Assembly (NCBI GenBank): GCA_964520425.1
Contig: CAZFMX010000008.1
Location: 2,314 to 66,313, forward strand
From: an uncultured Desulfobacteraceae bacterium
GTDB taxonomy: Bacteria; Desulfobacterota; DSM-4660; Desulfatiglandales; HGW-15
Length of the DNA stretch: 64,000 nucleotides
Reading direction: 5' to 3'
Positions within the stretch are counted from its first letter, which is position 1. Each line of letters starts with the position of its first letter. Shown one piece after another: positions 28,793 through 37,970 of this stretch. The notes beneath the pieces are model-generated. The model was not told where the DNA came from. It worked only from the letters and a program-made list of their open reading frames with translations, and made no database searches. The translations under genes and the position numbers were made by a program.

Positions 28793-30982
28793 ATGTCAAC
28801 AAAAATACTCGACCGCTTCTTCCATCCGAAATCCATTGCCGTCATCGGCGCTTCCGAGAGTATCTATTCTTATGGGACCCGCTATATTCGGGCTTTGCTC
28901 GATTTCGGGTACAGGGGAAAGATATTTGCCGTCAACCATAAGGGCGAAAAAACCCTGGGGTATAAAATCTATCGAAGCCTTGATGAAATAAAGGACCCCA
29001 TTGATCTGGCATTCATTACCATCCCCGCGCGATTTATTCCAGACATCCTCTATGAATGCATCGACAAAGATATTAAAGCTGCTGTAACCTTCACGGCGGG
29101 ATTCAGCGAAATCGGCACGGAAGGTCGTGAGCTGGAAAAAAAACTTCTGAGAACTATTGACGGAAAACTGCGTCTCATGGGTCCCAACTGCTTCGGTCCC
29201 TACTGTCCGGACGGCGGAGTAACGGTTGTGACCGGCGCGGATTTCGCCAAGGAACCGGGTGAGGTCGCCTTACTCGCCCAGACCGGTCAGCTTTCAGAGT
29301 GTATCATCGCCCGCGCCCAGGGAGAGGGGATTCGGTATTCCAAGTCCGCCAGTTATGGTAACGCCGTCGATATAAACGAATCGGACCTTATAAAGTATTT
29401 AATGGACGACAAGGACACGAGGATTATTACGCAGTATCTTGAAGGAGTTCGCGAGGGACGCCGCTTTTTCGATATCGCCCGCAGGAACTCAGGCAAAAAA
29501 CCCCACATCATCTGGAAAGTCGGGCTTACTCAAATGGGGGCTTCCGCGTCATCGTCCCACACCGGGTCTCTTGCCGGAACAGGTGCGTCATGGGATGCAT
29601 TCTTTCGACAAACAGGAGCCATTCAGGTTTCAACCCTCGATGAGTTAACGGATACAACTGTTGCCTTTCACCACCTGCCCAAGGGATGCGGCCTGAGGGT
29701 CGGATACATCAGCGGAGGAGGAGCCGGTACCGTGTTGGGCGCGGACGCGTGCGAAAACGCCGGCATGCGGATGCCTGCATTCGCAAAGCAGACGGAGAAG
29801 AGGCTGGCCGAACTCCTCCCCGGAGTCGGTTTGTCATTTCGAAACCCGGTTGACGTCGGTCACCCTCACCCTCCAAAGGAACTCATGCAGTCCCTTTTCG
29901 AAACCATATCCGCCGATAAAAACATAGATCTTATCGTCGTGAGACGGATTCTCTTCTCTGTCAAGATGAGCAAGATATTCAGCGGCTCTACCGCGCCTTC
30001 GGAAAAGGAACAACAGGAACTACTCGAGGTTCCGATCAAAGTCATGCAGAAGTACAAGAAGCCCATCATCATCATCCTTCCGGATGATATGACAGGCGTC
30101 GAATCCATCTACCTTGAGGAGGAAAGAAGAAAAATACGCGATTTCTTCTTTGCCAACGGCATTCCCGTATTCATGTCGGAACAGCGAGCCTTCACCGCGC
30201 TTTCCCATCTATCCAAATTCACTCTAAGAAACAGCACTGGAAAGGCTGCTGATAAGAAGACCCCGGCACCGGTCTTCGGATCAAAGACCAGAAAGCTTTT
30301 TCAGAATATTTTAAAGAATAACACAACGCCTATTCTGGATGAAATCCAGTGTAAAAAGGTATTAAAGAGTGCAGGCATTAGGGTGACTCTCCCTGTTCTG
30401 GCTACGTCTAAAAACCAGACCATCGCTGTTGCCCATAAAATGGGCTATCCCGTGGTTATGAAGATCGTTTCGCCACAGATCACCCATAAAAGCGATATAG
30501 GGGGTGTCAAGCTGAACCTGAAGAACAAAAAACAGGTCGGGACCGCATACGATGAGATCATGGAAAGTGTCAGGAAAAAGGCCTCAAAAGTCCGGATTGA
30601 TGGTGTATCCATTCAGAAAATGGCGGCGTCGGGACTGGAATTGGTCATGGGAATGACGCGGGATCCCCAGTTCGGGCCTATGATGATGTTCGGACTCGGG
30701 GGAACATCTGTCGAAGTTCTTGGGGATGTCGCTTTCAGAATGACGCCATTGACAAGACAGGACGCGAAGGAAATGATCCGGCAGATCAAGGGCTATCGCC
30801 TGCTTGAAGGATACAGGGGACAGCCACCTGTCGATATCCCATATATTGAAGAAATGCTGATGAAATTATCGGCTTTCATTGAGGAAAATCCTGAAATAAA
30901 GGAAATGGACATCAACCCCATACTCGCCTACAAGAAGAGTACCGTGGCGGTCGATGCCAGGATTATTCTGGACAACAAGTAA
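28793..30982 (+). CDS. ADP-forming (NDP-forming) acyl-CoA synthetase, fused alpha+beta
   Basis: The ORF opens at 28754. I prefer Met14 at 28793 (MSTKILDRFFHPKSIAVIGASES). It has a CoA-binding domain, MGPNCFG, SHTGSLAG (phospho-His loop) and a C-terminal ATP-grasp domain. Confidence 0.8.
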   Translation: MSTKILDRFFHPKSIAVIGASESIYSYGTRYIRALLDFGYRGKIFAVNHKGEKTLGYKIYRSLDEIKDPIDLAFITIPARFIPDILYECIDKDIKAAVTFTAGFSEIGTEGRELEKKLLRTIDGKLRLMGPNCFGPYCPDGGVTVVTGADFAKEPGEVALLAQTGQLSECIIARAQGEGIRYSKSASYGNAVDINESDLIKYLMDDKDTRIITQYLEGVREGRRFFDIARRNSGKKPHIIWKVGLTQMGASASSSHTGSLAGTGASWDAFFRQTGAIQVSTLDELTDTTVAFHHLPKGCGLRVGYISGGGAGTVLGADACENAGMRMPAFAKQTEKRLAELLPGVGLSFRNPVDVGHPHPPKELMQSLFETISADKNIDLIVVRRILFSVKMSKIFSGSTAPSEKEQQELLEVPIKVMQKYKKPIIIILPDDMTGVESIYLEEERRKIRDFFFANGIPVFMSEQRAFTALSHLSKFTLRNSTGKAADKKTPAPVFGSKTRKLFQNILKNNTTPILDEIQCKKVLKSAGIRVTLPVLATSKNQTIAVAHKMGYPVVMKIVSPQITHKSDIGGVKLNLKNKKQVGTAYDEIMESVRKKASKVRIDGVSIQKMAASGLELVMGMTRDPQFGPMMMFGLGGTSVEVLGDVAFRMTPLTRQDAKEMIRQIKGYRLLEGYRGQPPVDIPYIEEMLMKLSAFIEENPEIKEMDINPILAYKKSTVAVDARIILDNK

Positions 30983-31013
30983 AATCAAAGTTCATAAGTG
31001 AAGGAGATATATC

Positions 31014-33023
31014 ATGACAATAAAAGATCTCTATCCAAGTTTTTGTAATCCCTATCTCATTCGACCCACCCGGCCGATACCTGAAGAGATGGCCGTGCTT
31101 GGCGCCGGGCTTATCGGGCCCGATATTGCTTATTCTTTTCGGCTCGCCTTTCCGGAAAAGAAGGTGTACTTGGTGGATATAGTCGAAGAACCTCTTGAGA
31201 GGGCAAAGAAACGGTTTGAAGGCTATGTGCAAAAAGGGGTGCAGAGAAAGAAGCTGCACCCCGAGCAGGTGGAAAGCCTCTTGGGGAATATCGAGTACAC
31301 CACTGATTACAATAGACTTAAAAACTGCGATCTTGTGATAGAAGCGGCAACGGAAAACCTGGAGATTAAAAAGGATATCCTTTCCCAGGTCGAATCGATT
31401 GTCAGAGAGGACTCAATCATTACATCCAACACCAGCGGGATATTGGCGGATCAGATCTTCAGCCATTTGAATCATCCGGAGAGGACAGCCAATACACACT
31501 TTTTCGAACCGGCATGGCGCAATATGGGGGTCGAGGTCATTGCTTGGGAACGTTCCGATAAAGAAGTGATCGATTATCTTCTCTGGTTACTCGCCCAGAA
31601 TGGAAAAGCGCCACTCGCTGTCCAAAATGTCTTTTCCTTTCTTCTGAACCGGCTATTTGAAACGTGGGGAAACGAAAACACGTGGATGCTGGAACGGGCT
31701 ACCAGCAGGGAGATGGATTACATCAGCGAAGAGTTTGTAGGTATGGGGCCCTTCGGTATTGTAAGTAATCCGCTGACGTATGCGTCCATGATGCGCAGAA
31801 CAGCTGAAAGAGCCGTCTATGCGCCATCCAAGCTTCTATTGTCCGTAGATAAATGGGTTTACAACAGGCCCGGAACCAAGGTTGAAGTGGATCCTGAGAC
31901 CGCGGAATGGATCCGGATGCGCTTCCTGGGATGTGTATTCTCCCAGGCATTCGATATTGCTGATAGGGGTATCGGCTCAAGCACGGATCTCAATTTTGGC
32001 AGCATGGTTGCCTTGGGTTATAAAAAAGGCATATTTGACCTCATGGCCGATCTTGGCGCTGAAAAGGTCAATGACATCATGGAGAAATTCGATGCCGAGC
32101 GTCCCGGTTTCCCGCAGCCCACTATACCGATTGAAAAGTACCTCGATTTTCCGCGGGACATCCTGGTCGACGAGATGGACGGGGTGAGAATCCTCACAAT
32201 TCGGAGACCCCAGGCGGCTAACGCTCTGAGCGATCATACCTGTAATGAAATACTTAGCGAGCTCAAAAAAGGCGAGGCGGATTTGTCCGTGAAAGGATTC
32301 GTGATCACTGGTTACGGTCCCAAGGCCTTTTGCGCCGGCGCAGATATCGGCGGATTCGTCGCTACCTTCGGTGACCATGAAAAGGGTCAAGCCCTGTCAC
32401 GCGGCAATTCGAAAGTCCTGGAATACATCGACCAGATGTATAAGCCGTTAGTTGCGGCTCTCAATGGGCTCGCCATGGGCGGCGGCACGGAACTGGCCAT
32501 CCGGTGCCACAGCGTGGTGGCCATGGATAAGGCGTTTATGCAGCTTCCGGAAATCACCCTGGGAATGATCCCAGGCATGGGCGGTGTTGTGATCCCGTAT
32601 CGCAAATGGCCCCAGGCCGCGGAGAAATTCCACGCGATGATTAGCAAGTCCGAAAGGATGACGATCCAGGAAGCCGTGGAGATCGGAATCGTGAAAAAGA
32701 CCACAAAGACTTTCCCCGATTTGATCGACGCGGCCATCGCCGAGGTGAAGCGCCTCCAGGGGAATATCCCCAGGATTACCGACGGACCGGTTGAGATTCC
32801 TGAGTTCGTCGTTCCCGACGCACCCATGGCCGGAGACCTTCCGCTCAGTAAAGAAATCCTTGGGATTATAGGAGGGATCATCAATAGGGCTGCAAAGGCC
32901 GAAACGCTGGCCGAAGCCCTGGAGATCGCCTATGTAGGAGCCGGTGACATCTCCTGCTCCAAGGATTGTATAGAAGGGGTGAACGCATTCCTGGAAAAAA
33001 GAAAACCCGAATTCGGCAAATAA
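31014..33023 (+). CDS. Bifunctional 3-hydroxyacyl-CoA dehydrogenase (N-terminal) / enoyl-CoA hydratase (C-terminal)
   Basis: 669 aa. AAGGAG RBS. N-terminal Rossmann VLGAGLIGPDIAYSF, and C-terminal crotonase motifs FCAGADIGGF, ALNGLAMGGGTELAIRC. Confidence 0.8.
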   Translation: MTIKDLYPSFCNPYLIRPTRPIPEEMAVLGAGLIGPDIAYSFRLAFPEKKVYLVDIVEEPLERAKKRFEGYVQKGVQRKKLHPEQVESLLGNIEYTTDYNRLKNCDLVIEAATENLEIKKDILSQVESIVREDSIITSNTSGILADQIFSHLNHPERTANTHFFEPAWRNMGVEVIAWERSDKEVIDYLLWLLAQNGKAPLAVQNVFSFLLNRLFETWGNENTWMLERATSREMDYISEEFVGMGPFGIVSNPLTYASMMRRTAERAVYAPSKLLLSVDKWVYNRPGTKVEVDPETAEWIRMRFLGCVFSQAFDIADRGIGSSTDLNFGSMVALGYKKGIFDLMADLGAEKVNDIMEKFDAERPGFPQPTIPIEKYLDFPRDILVDEMDGVRILTIRRPQAANALSDHTCNEILSELKKGEADLSVKGFVITGYGPKAFCAGADIGGFVATFGDHEKGQALSRGNSKVLEYIDQMYKPLVAALNGLAMGGGTELAIRCHSVVAMDKAFMQLPEITLGMIPGMGGVVIPYRKWPQAAEKFHAMISKSERMTIQEAVEIGIVKKTTKTFPDLIDAAIAEVKRLQGNIPRITDGPVEIPEFVVPDAPMAGDLPLSKEILGIIGGIINRAAKAETLAEALEIAYVGAGDISCSKDCIEGVNAFLEKRKPEFGK

Positions 33024-33085
33024 GCGGTTTGATAAGAAATCGTTTCAAGACACTTATTGCCTGGGGATGCGGTCTCTATATACCA

Positions 33086-34405
33086 TCAGGAATCGATAGA
33101 CGGATAAACACCGGGCCTTTCCATCATCTCTAGTACCCTCAATTGTTCCTTGGTCTGATGATACAGCTTCTCGTACTCCTTCAGGTAGTATTCCAAACAA
33201 TTCGGGTTATGCTCGAGTAGGGCACGTATGGCTGCTTCGGGCATGGGTGGAGGGACCTCCCCCTTGCACAGATAAGGGATACTGTACTCATTGAATGCGA
33301 TGATCGTGTGAGTGAGCCATGTTTCGGCGCGGGCGAAGCCGGGCAATCTCAACGTATTCTCCTGTCCGAAAAGCAGGCAGGCGCGCACGAAATCGATTGG
33401 TTGGGGAGAGGTATAACCCAGGCGTCGCAATTCCGGTGGCAGGTTCCAATCGTAAAACGGATTGAAATACCGAATCGACAGGTGCAGCATTTCGGGTGTG
33501 GCAATGAGCGCATTTGGTTCGAAGACTTCGGTAGGTAGAGGGGTATCGTGGTTCGGCAGGACCACCAGAATCCGCTCGCGTGACCTTGGCGGCATCAGCA
33601 TGCGGATTATAAGGGGTTCCTCCAGCTTTTCAAGGGGAGGCAGAAGATCGTCGTGAAGTATTTTTGCAAGTTTCAAAACAAATTTGGCGGCACGATTGGG
33701 ATCGGAAATCGCATCCGCCAGTTCCGATCCAATCGGATGCTGGGCCGCTTTCTGCTCCGCTTCCCTTAGGGTCACATAGGGTTTGTCAATGATACCCCGG
33801 GCGACCGTCCAGGCCTTCCATATCTCGGTGGTAATCTTGCGAATGTTTCTTCGGTTATTCTGTTTTATCGCCATTGGAAACAGTCGGTCGACCCAGAAAG
33901 GGATATATCGAACGGCGTCTTCGCGCCTGACCGGAATACAGGGCATCGGCGCCGGTTTGCCAGCGAGCAGGATCATGCTTCGACTTTCCTGCGAACCCAT
34001 ATAGGAATCGCTTCGAATAAATCTATCGAGACCATGGAGATCATATACCATCAAATGGGTAAGTGCGGGATTTATAAGCCGTAGGGTACAGACCCATCGA
34101 TATAGAGAATATAACTCTAAATGGTCACAGGAGTCAGAATCCGGTGTTCTCACGATAAGAGACAAATCGATGTCACTGCGACCGAAGGCCACCTCTCCCC
34201 TTCCGACTCCACGATTCACATAAACACTCTCGACGATTTCATGGCGGCATAGCGCAATTCCCATGATCTTCGCTGTCAGCCGGTAGATAAGAACTGCCAA
34301 ATCGTTCATTAAACATTGCCCCCATATGTTTTTATTAGATTCCGAAGAATGACAATACTCAATCGCCGCGGATCTATTGACAGGCCTGTGTTGGTACGGA
34401 GACAA
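33086..34405 (-). CDS. Uncharacterised Pol-beta-type nucleotidyltransferase-domain protein, paralogue 2
   Basis: 439 aa. NRGVGRGEVAFGRSDIDLSLIV, collinear with 14656-15912 over the full length (about half the positions identical by eye). Met33 at 34309 is an alternative start. Confidence 0.6.
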   Translation of the reverse strand: MSPYQHRPVNRSAAIEYCHSSESNKNIWGQCLMNDLAVLIYRLTAKIMGIALCRHEIVESVYVNRGVGRGEVAFGRSDIDLSLIVRTPDSDSCDHLELYSLYRWVCTLRLINPALTHLMVYDLHGLDRFIRSDSYMGSQESRSMILLAGKPAPMPCIPVRREDAVRYIPFWVDRLFPMAIKQNNRRNIRKITTEIWKAWTVARGIIDKPYVTLREAEQKAAQHPIGSELADAISDPNRAAKFVLKLAKILHDDLLPPLEKLEEPLIIRMLMPPRSRERILVVLPNHDTPLPTEVFEPNALIATPEMLHLSIRYFNPFYDWNLPPELRRLGYTSPQPIDFVRACLLFGQENTLRLPGFARAETWLTHTIIAFNEYSIPYLCKGEVPPPMPEAAIRALLEHNPNCLEYYLKEYEKLYHQTKEQLRVLEMMERPGVYPSIDS

Positions 34406-34446
34406 GAGTTGAGTCGAGTTGAAAAAATGCGCTTTTTGTGATTGGA

Positions 34447-34475
34447 AATGTAGGGAATTTATCCCAGTGTGTCAA
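34447..34475 (-). promoter_or_regulatory. Sigma-70-type promoter of NTase paralogue 2 (duplicated promoter, copy 1)
   Basis: Minus strand reads CTTGACAC, 17-nt spacer containing GGGATAAATTCCC, then TACATT. About 75 bp (34425-34500) is about 75% identical to 35485-35560. Confidence 0.6.
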
Positions 34476-34535
34476 GGGGTAAGCCTTCTCATCTCTCACA
34501 CTATGGGTGACAAAGATTGGAATCCTGTAGTCTAT

Positions 34536-34955
34536 TCAGATAAAGTGGCGAAAAAGGTTATATGACCATGCAATGGCCATTACAGCAAGAGCAATTGGAA
34601 ACACTTTGCGTTTGACCTTCGCCCAAAGCGTTTCAATATATTTTTTTCCCGTGGCAACCTGAAGCAGAGCTAAAACAAATCCGACACAGGTGGTGATATA
34701 AACCAGGATCGAGGCAGGATTAAATAAAATGGCCGAAATAAAATGTCCATTACCAATGGCGATAAATCCTCGAGTCATACCGCATGATGGGCACGGTAGG
34801 CCGGTAATGAAATGGAAGAGACAAAAGGAGAGCTTTTGCGCCGCGCAGTCGAAATAAATCGATACCAGTATAATAGCGCCCAACAAAGCCAAGATAGCTG
34901 CCCCAGAATTTCTGGGATTAGCCATCCCAGCTTTAATCCGTTTTAAAAAATTCAT
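34536..34955 (-). CDS. DUF2752-type membrane protein
   Basis: 139 aa with CLFHFITGLPCPSCGMTRG motif and 4 TM segments. Confidence 0.7.
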   Translation of the reverse strand: MNFLKRIKAGMANPRNSGAAILALLGAIILVSIYFDCAAQKLSFCLFHFITGLPCPSCGMTRGFIAIGNGHFISAILFNPASILVYITTCVGFVLALLQVATGKKYIETLWAKVKRKVFPIALAVMAIAWSYNLFRHFI

Positions 34956-34996
34956 CGGTTTTAATAGGGTGATGTTAACAATATTTTGAGTAATTC

Positions 34997-35446
34997 CTAA
35001 ATGGCTAGTGAATTGCCCTCCGAATCCTTGCAGCTTCCAATACCTAATATAATGACATCAATCAATGCCCAAATACCTAATCCTCCACAGGTGATCAATT
35101 TGAGAATACCTAGGCCTATAAATCCCAGATAGAAGCGATCCACACCAAGAAAACCCAGAAAATAGGATAAAAGGAAAGCAGCAGCCTGGGATTTCTTCGG
35201 TGTACCGATGGATGATTCCCGCCTTAAGATTCTGCCCTCACCGTCCGTAATGGGACCAATACCGGCAATAATTGCATCAATAACGGCCCATATTCCGACG
35301 CCCCCGCATGTTATGAGCTTAAGTATTCCCAGACCGATTTGCCCCCGATAAAATCGGTCCACTCCCAAAGTACCTAAAAATAAACTGAGAAGGAACGCTG
35401 CCGCATGTGATTTATCTGAAATATTGGCACCTGTTTGATTATCCAT
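34997..35446 (-). CDS. Tandem TM2-domain membrane protein
   Basis: 149 aa with two internal repeats (AAAFLLS.FLG.LGVDRFY.G.IGLGILKLITCGG.GIWA.ID.II.GIG). Confidence 0.75.
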   Translation of the reverse strand: MDNQTGANISDKSHAAAFLLSLFLGTLGVDRFYRGQIGLGILKLITCGGVGIWAVIDAIIAGIGPITDGEGRILRRESSIGTPKKSQAAAFLLSYFLGFLGVDRFYLGFIGLGILKLITCGGLGIWALIDVIILGIGSCKDSEGNSLAI

Positions 35447-35503
35447 AAATTTTCCTCCTTTTTTAAGTATTGTGGTTGATAAGAATTCGCTTTTATGATT
35501 CGA

Positions 35504-35532
35504 AATGTAGGAAATCTATCCCTGCGTGTCAA
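35504..35532 (-). promoter_or_regulatory. Sigma-70-type promoter of the TM2/DUF2752 operon (duplicated promoter, copy 2)
   Basis: Minus strand reads CTTGACAC, 17-nt spacer containing GGGATAGATTTCC, then TACATT. Confidence 0.6.
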
Positions 35533-35789
35533 GGGGGAAGCCCCTCATCATCTGGAGTTCATTCCTTTATCCACCTTCGAAGAAGCCACGGGCTTGTCCG
35601 TGTATAAATGCTCAAACGATTTCCCAACCGGAATCATGGGATTGTGCTATGCTACGCGCGATATCGTTTCAAAGCTGAGTCGGATAACCGCGTCGAAGCT
35701 AAAGGAGAAGACGTATTGTGTAATAGACTACGGGTTTACCCATGGGACTCCATACCCTTGATTGGATCGGTGAGAGCAAGGGATTTTGA

Positions 35790-35835
35790 GTGTCATCGCG
35801 TTTCGCTTGACATACAAAAGAAAGAAGCTCTATAC
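35790..35835 (+). promoter_or_regulatory. Promoter with a conserved 28-nt upstream block (cytochrome c gene)
   Basis: TGTCATCGCGTTTCGCTTGACATACAAA (35790-35817) is identical to 45929-45956. TTGACA 35806-35811, 18-nt spacer, TATACT 35830-35835, CACA. Confidence 0.7.
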
Positions 35836-35966
35836 TCACATTCCAAATATGGTGTTTCCAGCAGTCAGTTATTACAATTGAATTTGCTGTCCTGTTTTCA
35901 ATCAAGCCGTCGAGTATATCAGACTTTTCAATATTATATTCCTGAATTCGGCTTTAGGAGACGAAA

Positions 35967-36362
35967 ATGAAAAACATATGTGTTCTTTTTGCTTTTTGCG
36001 TATTTATAGTACTTTATTGTCTAAGTTCATGTACTCCTGTTTCAAGCCCCATGATAGAGCCACCGGCCGCAGAAACCGTAATGGAAAAGCCTTTGTTTCT
36101 GGGAGATAGACACAAGGCGGCGAACGTCGAATGCGGAAGTTGTCATCAAGAGGATCCTCCAACGAAAGCAGTTGCTACAGACGTTTGTATCGGTTGTCAC
36201 GAGGAGTATTCCCCGTCCAATAAGGCCGGAGTTACTGACTTAATGGATCCCCATAATTCTCATATAACCTATTCGGACTGTAGCGCGTGCCACCATGCTC
36301 ATAAGGCATCCCAAGAGCAATGCGCATCCTGTCATGGCGATCTGGATTTTAATATTCCCTGA
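35967..36362 (+). CDS. Small tetraheme cytochrome c lipoprotein (STC / flavocytochrome-c N-domain type)
   Basis: 131 aa with a lipobox LSSC and four CxxCH motifs (CGSCH, CIGCH, CSACH, CASCH) within about 80 aa. Confidence 0.8.
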   Translation: MKNICVLFAFCVFIVLYCLSSCTPVSSPMIEPPAAETVMEKPLFLGDRHKAANVECGSCHQEDPPTKAVATDVCIGCHEEYSPSNKAGVTDLMDPHNSHITYSDCSACHHAHKASQEQCASCHGDLDFNIP

Positions 36363-36387
36363 GTCTAGAAATGCACAGCGAGCGTAT

Positions 36388-36523
36388 TCTCCGCAGCTTG
36401 CTGCAGGGGAAGCTCGCCCCGTTAAATTGAAGTTCACGCATCCGCATGGATTTAGCGGGGCGGGCGAATTACAATAATCAACTTCCTTATATTTGGAAGA
36501 TTCCCTGCAGCTTACTGCGGGGA
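36388..36523. repeat. Short palindromic units plus long hairpin
   Basis: 36388-36410 TCTCCGCAGCTTGCTGCAGGGGA. 36414-36470 CGCCCCGT...GCGGGGCG. 36502-36523 TCCCTGCAGCTTACTGCGGGGA followed by ATTTTAAC. Confidence 0.7.
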
Positions 36524-36653
36524 TTTTAACTAGAAGTTATTTCCTAAAATCTCTCCTCGTCCTCGCTCGGATGCCCCGCTTGGCTCCTCTCGCCTGTCGT
36601 GAGTTATCCTGCGTACGAATATACAGAGATCAGACTTCTTGAGAAATCGTCCT

Positions 36654-37883
36654 ATGTCTACTGATACATTTACGGATCCAGAAGAAAGGCAGATCCCTGA
36701 AGGGTTTAGCAGGGCTGGGTTGACATTTGTGCTGGCAACTCTGACCTGGATCGGTCCATTTTCGATTGATGCCTATCTTCCGTCACTTCCCGCTATCGCC
36801 GAGAGTCTGCATGTTTCCGTCGATCATGTACAGCAAACCATGACGGCATTCCTGCTCGTTTTCGCCATCATGTCATTATGGCACGGCGCTATTTCGGACG
36901 CCTATGGTCGAAGGCGATTAACTCTCATATCGCTTTTATGCTTCTTGTTGGCTTCTTTGGGTTGCGCGATGGCAGACAACATGCATCTCTTGATGTTCTT
37001 CCGCGCTATGCAGGGTGCCACGGCGGGCAGTGGTATGGTTGTAGGCCGTGCTATTATACGCGATCTATTCGATGGAGCTGAGGCTCAACGGCTCATGGCT
37101 CGAGTGGCCGCGATCTTTTCCATTGCTCCTATCCTGGCGCCGGTTTTGGGGGGCTGGTCCCAGGTTTGGTTCGGCTGGAGATCCATATTTGTTTTTATGG
37201 CTCTATTGTCGGGGACTCTTTTCCTAAGCTGCCGGCAGCTGCTGCCCGAGACCCTGTCCCATAAGAACCGACAGCGTTTGGAGCCTCTTTTCCTGGCTCG
37301 TTCCTATTGGAAGGTTCTTACGAATCGGCCTTTTCTCGCGGCATGCGGTTCCATGGCTTTCACGAATGCCGGCCTGTTTATTTATATACTCGGCGCCCCG
37401 GTCTTCCTCATGAAGCACCTCCATCTGAGAGAAACACAGTTCATATTTCTCTTCCTGCCTATTTCCGTCGCGCTGATAGCCGGTTCGTGGATGTCGTCGC
37501 GATTTGCCGGAAGGATTTCGGGGAGACACACAATTTTTCTCGGTTATGCCATCGCGGCTTTCGCCGCAATGGGAAATTTCTTGCTCAACTTACTGGCACC
37601 ACCGGCACTGCCATGGGCCATAGTACCGATATTTGTTTATGTCATGGGCATGTCTCTCGCGATGCCCAGCCTGACTTTAATCACGTTGGACCTCTTCCCT
37701 TCCCAGCGCGGTTTGGCCTCATCCTGCCAGGGATTCATCAGTTTGGCCTTTAATTCCATTGTCTCTGCGTTTGTCTCCCTCACCTGGGGGACTACGCTTT
37801 CGCTGGCGGTCACAATGCTATTGATGCTGGGAGTGGGTATTGCGACGATCTTAACCTATTTTCGGCTTATACGCCATATGTAG
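36654..37883 (+). CDS. MFS transporter, Bcr/CflA-like
   Basis: The ORF opens at TTG 36639 and the first ATG is at 36654. 12 TM segments. N-terminal GPFSIDAYLPSLPAIAESL and GRRRLTLISL motifs. Confidence 0.8.
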   Translation: MSTDTFTDPEERQIPEGFSRAGLTFVLATLTWIGPFSIDAYLPSLPAIAESLHVSVDHVQQTMTAFLLVFAIMSLWHGAISDAYGRRRLTLISLLCFLLASLGCAMADNMHLLMFFRAMQGATAGSGMVVGRAIIRDLFDGAEAQRLMARVAAIFSIAPILAPVLGGWSQVWFGWRSIFVFMALLSGTLFLSCRQLLPETLSHKNRQRLEPLFLARSYWKVLTNRPFLAACGSMAFTNAGLFIYILGAPVFLMKHLHLRETQFIFLFLPISVALIAGSWMSSRFAGRISGRHTIFLGYAIAAFAAMGNFLLNLLAPPALPWAIVPIFVYVMGMSLAMPSLTLITLDLFPSQRGLASSCQGFISLAFNSIVSAFVSLTWGTTLSLAVTMLLMLGVGIATILTYFRLIRHM

Positions 37884-37908
37884 GCTCAGACCGGAAGGAG
37901 GCCCGGCT

Positions 37909-37938
37909 CTGCTTCGCCCCGGAAGAGGGGCGAAGCAG
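37909..37938. terminator. Bidirectional hairpin between convergent genes
   Basis: 12-bp perfect stem CTGCTTCGCCCC/GGGGCGAAGCAG with a 6-nt loop. The flanks are only weakly T-rich. Confidence 0.5.
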
Positions 37939-37970
37939 ATCGAACCGTTATTTGGGAAGGTCAGGGTTGC

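Noticed and set aside
14656-34405. Inverted NTase paralogues as boundaries of a composite mobile island
   Set aside because: The copies are only about 50% identical at the protein level. There are no flanking inverted DNA repeats and no transposase or integrase, and the genes between them are ordinary metabolic loci.
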